From an uncultured Parcubacteria group bacterium (GTDB taxonomy: Bacteria > Patescibacteriota > Minisyncoccia > Phycocordibacterales > UBA2100), in contig CAMTYD010000028.1 of assembly GCA_947085915.1 (NCBI GenBank), positions 1 to 48,730 on the forward strand: a DNA stretch of 48,730 nucleotides, given 5' to 3'. The translations under genes and the position numbers were made by a program. This document shows positions 1 to 9,200 of the stretch, one piece after another. How positions within the stretch are numbered: the first letter of the stretch is position 1; every line of letters begins with the position of its first letter. The notes under the pieces were generated by a model. It saw nothing but the letters and a program-made list of their open reading frames with translations, was not told the DNA's origin and did no database searches.

Positions 1-76
1 CGCAAGCGCAGACAAATCGGGAGCCCTGAAAGGACTGCGATTTGTAGCTGCGCAAGCGCAGACAAATCGGGAGCCC
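1..76. repeat. Tandem palindromic repeat units: partial copy at 1-26, 8-nt spacer, full 42-nt copy at 35-76
   Basis: cgcaagcgcagacaaatcgggagccc occurs at 1-26 and again at 51-76. The full unit ctgcgatttgtagctgcgcaagcgcagacaaatcgggagccc folds as a hairpin (cgatttgt/acaaatcg plus ctgcgc/gcgcag). The period is about 50 nt. A third copy lies at 25824-25865. Confidence 0.8.
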
Positions 77-115
77 ACGGTGCATTTCGCACACACGCAC
101 TTTTCCCACAGAAAG

Positions 116-200
116 CGGAGGCGGTGAGATTCGAACTCACGATACCTTGCGGTATGCCGCCTTTCCAAGGCGGTGGAATAAACCACTATCCGACGCCTCC
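116..200 (-). tRNA. tRNA-Ser (anticodon GGA), type II with long variable arm; no encoded CCA
   Basis: The reverse complement folds as a cloverleaf. Acceptor GGAGGCG/CGCCTCC with discriminator G. 3-bp D stem. Anticodon stem CCGCC/GGCGG with loop TTGGAAA (anticodon GGA). Variable arm ATACC-GCAA-GGTAT. T arm GTGAG-TTCGAAT-CTCAC. Confidence 0.9.
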
Positions 201-259
201 GCTTTATGAAGGACTTCGACTTGCACGTTATACCAGAAAGAAACCCTCGCGGACAGGGA

Positions 260-760
260 TTAAAGATTTTGCGTGGGTGTACGCCGACGCTTCATGGCGT
301 CCCGGAAGCGTAACCGACGCTCTCTGAGACGCACGCGCTGAGCGATAAACCTCGCGCGCAAACGGTGTTCAAATTCTTCCGCTTTCTGGGATGCATACCA
401 ACCGACGGCCGCTACTATCACGTTGACCGTGAGGACGGCACCGAATGCGACTAGGAAATCCGGCTTCGATACTCCTTGCAGCAATACAAATGTCGGGATG
501 AAACTCGCCATCCCCACAACGACATCCATGAAGCGGTTCTGCGGGGTCTCCTCAATTTTTACCATCGCTTCCCACAGTTCGTACGCGACGAAGAGAAGAA
601 ATGCAATGACCGCTGACGCCTGAAAACCGAAACCAAGCCAGGCGATTACGAAAGCGGTGGAAGACCCTGAGAGAAAATGGACGACACTCCAAAGATCAAC
701 CCACTTCCCCTCCCGCCACATGTCAGTACGCTCAAACTTCCCGTCGGGCGTCAGATGCAT
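260..760 (-). CDS. Hypothetical integral membrane protein with Arg-rich C-terminal tail
   Basis: 166-aa ORF with several hydrophobic helices (FVIAWLGFGF, AVIAFLLFVAY, FLVAFGAVLTVNVIVAAVGW). No family recognised. Confidence 0.55.
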   Translation of the reverse strand: MHLTPDGKFERTDMWREGKWVDLWSVVHFLSGSSTAFVIAWLGFGFQASAVIAFLLFVAYELWEAMVKIEETPQNRFMDVVVGMASFIPTFVLLQGVSKPDFLVAFGAVLTVNVIVAAVGWYASQKAEEFEHRLRARFIAQRVRLRERRLRFRDAMKRRRTPTQNL

Positions 761-766
761 ACCCCG

Positions 767-1042
767 TCAGTGTGATTTCGGCTGGCGCCGCTGATAAAAA
801 TAGACCTTGAGTCGAGTTCTCAAGGCTCGTCTGCCATCTGTCGTCTTGAAATATCTCTCTCGGCGGCGCGCGTCTTCTTCGTTCATACAGGCTTCGTAGT
901 ATATACAACGCCACGAGTGATTTTTTGTCGAGAAGTTGCTTCCCTGATTATGTTTTACAACACGTTTGCGGAGGTCGGTTGTGAAGCCTGCATACAGTTC
1001 TCCGTTTTCGTTCTCAAGTAGATACGTGTAAAACATAATCAA
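767..1042 (-). CDS. GIY-YIG domain protein (small stand-alone nuclease-like, UPF0213/YhbQ-like)
   Basis: FYTYLLENENGELYAGFTTDLRKRVVKHN...ARRRERYFK matches the GIY-(x10)-YxG and R/E pattern of GIY-YIG domains. Confidence 0.75.
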   Translation of the reverse strand: MIMFYTYLLENENGELYAGFTTDLRKRVVKHNQGSNFSTKNHSWRCIYYEACMNEEDARRRERYFKTTDGRRALRTRLKVYFYQRRQPKSH

Positions 1043-1071
1043 GCCGAAATTCTACTGCGGGGCATAGCAAC

Positions 1072-1965
1072 CTATACCTGCATTCCTCGCAGTGCGGAAA
1101 TTCTTTCTTGCATCGGTGGATGCGAGCTGAAGAGCTTCGCTGCGAAAGCCGCAGCTTTCTGTGCTCCAAAAGGATTCGAGATAAAGAGGTGTGCAGTCGC
1201 ATTTGATGCACGTTGCATGGGTGCTTGGTATGCACCGATCTTTGCGAGGGCAGAAGCGAGCCCGTCCGGGTAGCGCGTGAGCAACGCGCCTGATGCGTCG
1301 GCGAGGAATTCGCGTTTGCGCGATATGGCAAGCTGGATAAGCTGCGCGGCGATAGGAGCAAGAATCATGGCGGCAATGACCGCGACCAGCATAATCGGAT
1401 TCTTATTGTCCCTATCTCGATTTCCACCAAACATACTCATACGTAACGCTATGTCTGAGATGACAGCAAGAAAGCCCACGAGTACGACCGCCACGGTCAT
1501 GACGAGGATGTCACGATTGCCGATGTGCGAAAGCTCGTGCGCCAAGACTCCCTCGAGCTCAGAGCGGTCGAGTGTCGCGAGAAGCCCTGTCGTCACCGCA
1601 ATCACGGCATGCTTCGCATCGCGGCCCGATGCGAAAGCATTGGGAGCAGAGTCGTTGATGATATACAAGCGCGGCTTCGGGAGCCCGGCGGTGATTGCAA
1701 GGTTTTCGACGATGCGGTGCAGCTCGATGTATTCCTTTTCGTCTGCAGGCTTCGCCCCGGCAGAAGCGATAGCAACCTTATCGGAAAACCAGTACGCACT
1801 GACATTCATCACAAGAGAAAACGCGACGGCAATGTAGAGAATCCCGGGATTGCCATAATATTGCGACATCGCGAATCCCACGGCTATCACGAGTGCCAAG
1901 AAGACGCCCATGAGCATCCAGGTGCGGAATACATTTTTACCCTGCTGTGTGTAGAGTGATGCCAT
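1072..1965 (-). CDS. htpX: Zn-metalloprotease HtpX (peptidase M48)
   Basis: HELSHIGNRD (HExxH) sits between transmembrane segments. The N-terminal TM pair and 297-aa length are typical of HtpX. Confidence 0.9.
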   Translation of the reverse strand: MASLYTQQGKNVFRTWMLMGVFLALVIAVGFAMSQYYGNPGILYIAVAFSLVMNVSAYWFSDKVAIASAGAKPADEKEYIELHRIVENLAITAGLPKPRLYIINDSAPNAFASGRDAKHAVIAVTTGLLATLDRSELEGVLAHELSHIGNRDILVMTVAVVLVGFLAVISDIALRMSMFGGNRDRDNKNPIMLVAVIAAMILAPIAAQLIQLAISRKREFLADASGALLTRYPDGLASALAKIGAYQAPMQRASNATAHLFISNPFGAQKAAAFAAKLFSSHPPMQERISALRGMQV

Positions 1966-1973
1966 AGGCCTTA

Positions 1974-2699
1974 CTATAATACTTTTTTCAGAATTTCCGA
2001 ACCGTTTTGCTCAAGCGTCTCGGGAATCTTTTGATGGGCTTCTCGCGTCATGTGGAGTCTTCTCTGATCATTCTCAAAGACGACGTCTGTAAATCCTCCC
2101 GTCGCAGGGTCAAATACTCGCGGGTCGACAGATAATACAAGTTGAACCAAGCGCACTAACTCCGCAAGAGACTCAAGGTGCTGATTTCGATAGTAAGGAT
2201 CAGGATTATTATCTTTATTTTCTGCATTCCCACCAAAGATAACAACATCCGTTGTCTTCTCCTCTGATTGAGCTTTAAGTTCCGCAAATCGCTCGGTTAA
2301 ATCTTTTACAAACGAATACGACGAAATCAGATTCGGTATTGCGTGCACGAGCAGAGAAACATTTTTGTCCGACCCATCGTTAGAACGTCCGACCGCGGCA
2401 ATACCGATACATGGACCGTAGCCAATTGAAGATTTGTTGGTGGAATCAACGGCAGAGATTACATAATCACCACTCAGTCCGTGTTTTTGGTTGAGACTTG
2501 CATACGTCTTGGGACTTCCCAGCCATCTTACCGGCGTCGCGTTTATTTCTTCCGAAAGCCGTTCTATCCTCCCTCGTCGGATGTTTCTATCATCACCTTC
2601 GGCATCGGGTCCAACGCTTACGGTAATCCGGTATTGATGGGGCAGCTCCTCAAAACCCTGACCTTGCTGTCCGGTTTTTTCCCTCTGTCTCTCAGGCAT
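1974..2699 (-). CDS. Hypothetical protein; possible CheD-like Cys/His deamidase fold (speculative)
   Basis: 241-aa ORF between lemA and htpX. The ordered motifs GYGPCIGIAAVG, LLVHAIP and VVIFGGNAEN resemble the CheD pattern GLGSCVAV, aHvmLP and iaGGAsmF. Confidence 0.6.
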   Translation of the reverse strand: MPERQREKTGQQGQGFEELPHQYRITVSVGPDAEGDDRNIRRGRIERLSEEINATPVRWLGSPKTYASLNQKHGLSGDYVISAVDSTNKSSIGYGPCIGIAAVGRSNDGSDKNVSLLVHAIPNLISSYSFVKDLTERFAELKAQSEEKTTDVVIFGGNAENKDNNPDPYYRNQHLESLAELVRLVQLVLSVDPRVFDPATGGFTDVVFENDQRRLHMTREAHQKIPETLEQNGSEILKKVL

Positions 2700-2701
2700 A
2701 G

Positions 2702-3262
2702 CTAGAAACTAACCTTTACCGGATTGCGGGCAGCAGCCTCCCCTTCTGCAAGTGCGAAGAACTCGCGAGTCTTGAAGCCGAATGCTTTGCCGACTATGTT
2801 CGTTGGGAATTGTTCGATAGCATTCTGAAGTTCCTGCACGACAGAATTGTAGAAGCGGCGTGCTGCCTGAATTTTATTTTCCGTATCGGAGAGCTCACGC
2901 TGTAGCTCGACGAAATTAGAATTCGCTTTGAGGTCAGGATAGCTTTCGGAAACAGCGAAGAGCGATTTGAGTGCCCCCGTGAGCATATTCTCTGCTTCTG
3001 CGTGCTGTGCTACTGTGGTCGCACCCATCGCGGCAGTTCGCGCATCGGTGACCTTTTGCAACGTTCCCGCTTCGTGCGCGGCGTAGCCTTTGACCGTCTC
3101 AACGAGATTCGGGATGAGATCGTAGCGTCTCTTGAGCTGTACATCAATGTCAGACCACGCCTCTTCGGTACGGTTGGTCAATTTGACGAAATTATTGTAC
3201 GCCCAGACAAGCCAGACCAATACGACTGCTACAACGCCCAATAGAATGTATGTGATGTTCAT
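2702..3262 (-). CDS. lemA: LemA family protein
   Basis: N-terminal TM segment, then NNFVKL...EEAWSDIDVQLKRRYDLIPNLVETVKGYAAHE...FYN, the characteristic LemA signature. Confidence 0.9.
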   Translation of the reverse strand: MNITYILLGVVAVVLVWLVWAYNNFVKLTNRTEEAWSDIDVQLKRRYDLIPNLVETVKGYAAHEAGTLQKVTDARTAAMGATTVAQHAEAENMLTGALKSLFAVSESYPDLKANSNFVELQRELSDTENKIQAARRFYNSVVQELQNAIEQFPTNIVGKAFGFKTREFFALAEGEAAARNPVKVSF

Positions 3263-3289
3263 ACAAGGAATTATATCATATTTCGCACA

Positions 3290-6200
3290 TTATTGTACCG
3301 TCACGGTAGCCCGCGAAGATGTGGTCGCACCCGATGACGCACTACAATCCAGCCTGAAGATGGTCGTCGCTGTAAGTGCGGACGTAGAGGTAGAACCTCG
3401 TATCCCCTTCGCCAGGCTCAGGTTGTTTGTCGCGAAGAGTTCGCAACTTGAGGTATTGATGCTCGACCACATGAGTCGTGACTTCTTTCCGGACAAGATT
3501 GTTGGAGGGTTTGCGATGAGCGTGGCAAAAGGCTTCGCGACGGTTGATGTCGCAGCTGGTGGCGTCGTGACTGGTGGCTTCGTGGCGGGCGTTGTCGGAG
3601 TAGGCTGTGACGATTGCGACCCTCCAAACAAATTACTCAATGCGCTCATGAGTCCGCTGAAAAATCCTCCGATACCGCCTCCTTGGCCACCACTTCCTTG
3701 CTGATTTGTGGGCGAAGGTACAGATGGATTTGAATTGTCTGGTACCTGCTGTGCGCCTCCGGGTCTTCTCGGATCGGGTTCTATAACTGGCGGTTTGTAC
3801 GGAGGCGGGTCAACAGCATCGGCGCCTTCATGCGTAACTCGAGGGACCACTGGTGGCTTCACTCCTCCGGGAGGAGAAACGACCGTACCGTCTTTAGGAG
3901 GCACTACACCGCCTGCCGGTGGCGGACTTCCAGCACCGGTCGGAGGACCGCTCGTAGTATCTTCTCCAGGCGCAGCAGCAGTCGGCACCGGTTTTCCAGC
4001 ACCTGACGATGGAGTTACTGTTGCGCTGGGAGGCGGTACATCACCTGAATTAGCCACGATTGCGTCTACTGTCGGTTTCGCCGCAAGAACACCAAGTCCT
4101 CCTAGCGTGGTCTTTGGGTGGTCCCACGCCCAACGACCGACGCTCCCAACCCAAGATGGTTTGGGGACTGCGGCTTCTGCTGCAGCTGGTTCCGCTGTGA
4201 GCACAGGATTCAAATCAAATCTTGGTGCGGGTCCGGGGATACCGCTATCGACTACATCCGCAAGTGTCTCGGTTCGCGGAGCAGGCTCAGTTCTCGGCAG
4301 AGGTGACGGTGTAACTTCAGATGTCCTCGGAAGTTCAAAATCCCTTACGACAGGTCGGACACCCTCCGGAACTTCTCCGAACGGGATTATCTCTTCTACT
4401 ATTGGTGTCGTCTTGGGTTCTTTTTTGCCAAAGCCGAAGAAATCTCTTGTGCTTTCCCACCAAGTTGTTTCGGCAACAGGCGTGGTCGGAACTTCAGGCA
4501 CAACATCTGCAATTGTTCCGGGCGCGGGCTCAGTTCTCGGCAAAGGTGGCGGCTCCGCGGCACGAGGAAGCACAGCGTTGTCATTCGCGACTCTCGCGAT
4601 ATCATCTCCAGGATTTTGAAACACTTGTGTTGTATTTCCACGCGGCACTTGTTGGGACGTTCCTGCTGCTATACCGTCGGCTTCCGCACCTGCGGTGCCG
4701 GGCGTGAGGCGTGCCGCCTGCGCATCTATCAGTGGAATGTTGTCATTGGCCACGTTACGTGGAACATCAAAATCATCGGCCCATTGTTGCATTCGTACAC
4801 CACCCGGCAATTGCGTCTCGACGGCAACTCTCGGAGCTGTTCCGGCCGCAAGGTCTGTGAGCTCAGAACCCGCACGCGTAAATACTGATTCCGACACACG
4901 ACCGGGTAGCGTGAGCAATTTCGGCGTTAGCTGAGCAATATCCTTCACGACCCATGCCGCTCCTATTACGTTTGCGCCATGCCCGACCGCCTCGAGCGTA
5001 CATGTCCCTTGTCCGACTGCTCCACAACGCGCGGCCTCATCGACTGTCGGATTGAAACCGAAGGAATCGGGAGCAAACTCCTCTGCTGCAATTTTTGCTT
5101 CTTTAGTCAGACCACCCCAGAGAAGATTCCCCGCCGCGGGTACGGTTCGCCACGACTCAAGCGCCAGGTCTCCCCACTCTCCTTTTTTATAGGCCTCTGA
5201 GATGGGTTCCCACCAGCCACCAGCTGCTTCAAGATACGGCTTGGCGTAGGCGTCGAATGCCGCAGAGGTAGGACCTTGGCCTTTCGCCATCGTGGCGAGA
5301 GATTGAGTGAGGTCGGGACTCAACTCTCCTCCATTCTTGTACGCCAGGAGAGCATCATAATTTCTTGATATCACGTCGTACTTTGCCTGTTCTGTTTGGA
5401 CGGCAACCGCATACGTTTGGTACGTCCGGCAGGTCCTACCGGAAGGCGCACTTGCACATGCCGACATGCCACGAGCCACAGCGTCATCACTCAATGTCGC
5501 GCTCATATTCTGCAGTGCCGTACTTTGTTCGGAGAGTAATTTGCGTATTACCTCCTCCTGCTTGTTAACTGTTTCTGGCATCGGGACTCCCGCAGAAATT
5601 TCCGCATTCGTTGGTTGCCTGTCCACAATCGGCGGATTGTTCTCATCCAGAACCCTTCCGAGCGATGGCTCATCGCTCAAAGATTGTGAGCCCGGTGCAG
5701 GTGTTTGAGTTGCCACACTCGTTTGCTCGGGGTCGCCAGAGTAGTTGATCCCGCCAGATGGTTGAACTTGTGCGTACTCCTGAGGGTCTACGAAAATCCT
5801 ATCGAACGTCTGTTGCACTTCAGTCTCGTTTGCCACTACAGGTTGCGGCTCCCAATTGCTCGCAAATTGCGTATTTGAATATTGTGCGTATTGCGCAGCG
5901 GCTTCTGGGTATGCGAATGGCTCTGCTGCTGCGATGGCCGGGATGTTGTGTGTAAAGGTGGCGCCAGGAATGGTTGTGGTGATCGTTTTCGGAGTCGGCT
6001 CATCGGGAAGTGCGTTGCTCCAAAGGGAAACCTGGGAAACAGTACTGTTCAACATTCCTTTCATCTCACTCGCTTTTCCCTGCATGCCACCAACGACCAT
6101 GTCCGTCGGATATGTCCCGAGCGCATCCTTGAGCTGATTCAAATCAGATGACATCTTGTTCAAACGCGTACTAGCTGCACGGATATCGGATAGGTCGCTG

Positions 6201-9200
6201 TCTGTGCCTTCCAGACCGGCGATAGTTGCGTTTGCTTGCGCAAGTGCCTTTTGAGCTGCATTTATTGAGCCTACACCTGCCTTCCAGTCGAGCTTTCCAG
6301 TATTAAGCGCACCTTCCAACACATTCTTCATGTTATTTACTCTGCCGGCGAGATTATCGACTGCGTTCTCTGCGGCTATGACAGCAGGGCTTTTCGGTTC
6401 GGTAGTGGTTGTGGTTTTTACCGTGTCGGGCTGCCTGCTCGTCACTGTGGTTTCGTTAAGTCTTTCTGCCTGTTCAGCTGTAAGCGGTTCACCGGTCGCG
6501 GAGAAATACCTTTGTGTTGCATCCGTGTATGACACAGGTCTTCCATCTCCGTTGAAGAGCGGGGGTGCATCATTGGAAGCGACAGATGGCGTTTGATTTG
6601 GGGTCTGACTCGGGAACTGAGTGTCTATTTCCGCTGCATACTGCGGTTCCCAATGAGCGGTAGGTACCGAATTGTTTGGAGTAAGCGCGTTCTGATACTG
6701 AGAATATGCGTCGGCAAAAGTCACACCTTCGCCAGCCGTCATCGGAGGAATGCTGTGCGAGAATGCCGCTCCGGGAATAGTTGTCGTGACCTTATAAGGA
6801 GCTGGTCTGTCGGGAAGGGCCTGATCCCAATCGCGAATTGCAACCCTTGCGTCGTTCAACTTCGCCTGAATCTGACCTTTAGAAAGATTACTGTTGTCGA
6901 GCGCTTGTGAAAGTCCCTTTAACTCCCTATCCGCTTGAGCGATGTCCCCCATGTTACTACCGGTACCCTCGAGTCCAGGGGTCGTACGTTCCGCGGACGC
7001 CAAAGCAGCTCTTACCGCCGCTTTCGCAGCAGCGAGCGTTTCCGGATTCTGTTCATTTCTATTCAATAACGTTTGTAGATGTTCTATCTTTCCTGCCAGA
7101 TTCGATACTCTCTGTTCCGCTAGCGTTACGTTGGGATCCTGTTGCGGTGTAACGGTCGTAGTCTTTTGTGTATCTGGCAACTTACCCGAAATCTCTGTCG
7201 GATTGAGCCCAGCGGCTTGTTCAGGTGTGAGCGGCTCGCTCCCTGCGGGTGGAAGTGAACTGCCGGTTCTTTCGAAGTATTGTTGTGTTGCATCTGCAAA
7301 CGGAGTGGGCTTCACATTGGTAGGCTTGAATTCGAAGGTTTCAAAATCAGATGACAGAGGAGGCCGTGCATCCGGTCCACTTAGGGGTTTTGCGTCCGAG
7401 ACAATCACTTCTGCACTAGGAATTGCTCCAGGAGTGGCACTCGAAAGATCTCCTTGCGGCTCACGGGCACCGATGAGCTGCAGCTTGGAGAAATCGACTG
7501 GGGGTGCGTCTTCAAGCCGGTCAAGCCAGGGTGTATAGGTTACTGGCGTAAGCAAGCTGCTGTTGCTGTCGAGGCGCCCCTGCGCAACCATTTCCGATAT
7601 CGTTTGTTCCGCATGAAGGAACTCCACAGTGCCTATCGGGCCCCCGTGACTAAACACCGGATTGTCTAGACGCCCCTGCGCCGCCGTTGCATCGATACTC
7701 GCAATAACATCGCGATTCCTTGTGTCCACCATATCCTGCAGCATATCGAGCCGGGCGTATGCGCCGGCTACGATTCCCGGCGTGTCACGAGAGTGCCCGT
7801 TGACCACTGATTTGTAGTTATTGACTTGATCCTGCAATTGTTCAGTAGTCATTTTTGCAAACGGCGCCTTCAGGATTTCAGTTTGCCGGGCAATCAAGGC
7901 TTCATCATTGTCGATGGAAGCCTTCAGGTTTTTATGCTCCTGCGCCTGTTCGAGTGTTTGGTCTGCAGGAAGCGGGAGTTCGTCGAGCTTTTGCTGGGTA
8001 GCATCTATTCGATCCTTTGCGGCAGTGATAACCTGCGCGCGATATTGGTCAACAAATGCACCTTGCACCTCTATGTCGTCGAAGGCATCGCCGAGACGTC
8101 TTTTATTTGCTTCAATAATCTGAGTTGGCGTCAATTCCGACTTCGACAAGATGAGACCTTCGAGAGGGTTTACTTTAGGGGTTGGTTTTTCCGTCGCAAG
8201 CTCTATCGGCTCAGGACCGGTAAATGGGCTTATCCCGCCGGCTTTTTCTGTATCCGCGAGGTCATTCGACACCTTTTCTTGCTCATCAGCGAGCACGAGC
8301 CGGGCATCGTAAGCATCTTTTATATCTTGTTGTAGTCGTTGCTCCTGCAGGTCGCTGAATTCAGCATCTGTCAGGAATGGATCCGATGCGAATCTTTGTG
8401 CTTGATCATACAGAGATGCGGCATACTCCTGCTGGTCGAGCGCTCCGCCGACAGAATCGTTGGATGCGTTTCGAATTCTCTCTTGTGCCGCGAGTGAGTT
8501 TTCTAAATCAGTGTTTTGTCCGTCAAGAGCGCTGCCGACCGTATCGCCTGGAGCGTTTGCAAGGTTAAAGTTTGATTGAAAATTATCCAGTATCGAGCGG
8601 GATTCTTGCACAAAAGATTGAGCGGCATCTGCGATTGCCCTACCGGGGTCATTCACAAATTCATTGGCCGCCTGAAGCCACGATGGTGTCTCTGCCGCGA
8701 CCCGGTCTCTGTTTAGCTGATTCGATTCGGCAATACTTTCTAGCTCGTCGGATGTGGCGAAGGGGTCGTTAGACGCCGATGAGGCAGGCGAATACGCGTT
8801 GAAATCAACCAATGAACGCGTCCGCGCAGTAACAGGTCGCGATAAAAGAGAGTCGGAAGTCACTGCTGCTATGCCCGTATCGCCTGAGGTCGAGAAATCA
8901 GGATTTTGATTTGGCACGAAGTTGTCCGGCGCTGAGGCTTGATTGCCCGTCCCGCCTGATGATGTATCAACGGCAATACCTGTATCGCCTGAGGTAGAGA
9001 AGTCGGGATTGGCTTGTGCTGCGGTGAATGTTTCGTTGGCATATGCGAGTACGTTGCTTTGTATCTGTTGACTGGAAGCATCAAGAAATTGCTGCGTGAC
9101 GCTTTGCCCCGACGGAAGATCGTAATCGCTGTAGAAAGAACTGGCCGACGCGTTTATTGCACTTTCAGCCGCACGCAGAGGATTCCCCTGTGGAACAGGG

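Noticed and set aside
1-76. Possible CRISPR array at the window start
   Set aside because: The repeats are separated by only 8 nt, the unit is a strong palindrome, no cas genes are present, and the third copy at 25.8 kb is solitary. It is treated instead as a REP-like palindromic family.
116-200. Possible tRNA-Sec, because 9 nt at each end of the tRNA region are complementary (GCGGAGGCG/CGCCTCCGC)
   Set aside because: The anticodon loop reads TTGGAAA (anticodon GGA, not TCA). A standard 7-bp acceptor (GGAGGCG) with discriminator G gives a normal type II tRNA-Ser. The two extra complementary bases lie outside the mature tRNA.
3708-4619. A 303-aa Gly/Thr/Pro/Ser-rich plus-strand ORF, plus many other plus-strand ORFs between 3.1 and 10.5 kb
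   Set aside because: All lie antisense within the 7.2-kb giant ORF. The Pro/Thr/Ala-rich coding repeats of the giant gene naturally give open Gly/Ser/Thr-rich reverse frames. None has a start context, domain motif or independent support.
5921-9010. A diversity-generating retroelement (template/variable repeat pair) suggested by repeated DNA in the giant gene
   Set aside because: The repeats are in-frame tandem protein modules with substitutions at all base types, not adenine-specific. No reverse transcriptase or accessory gene is present in the window.
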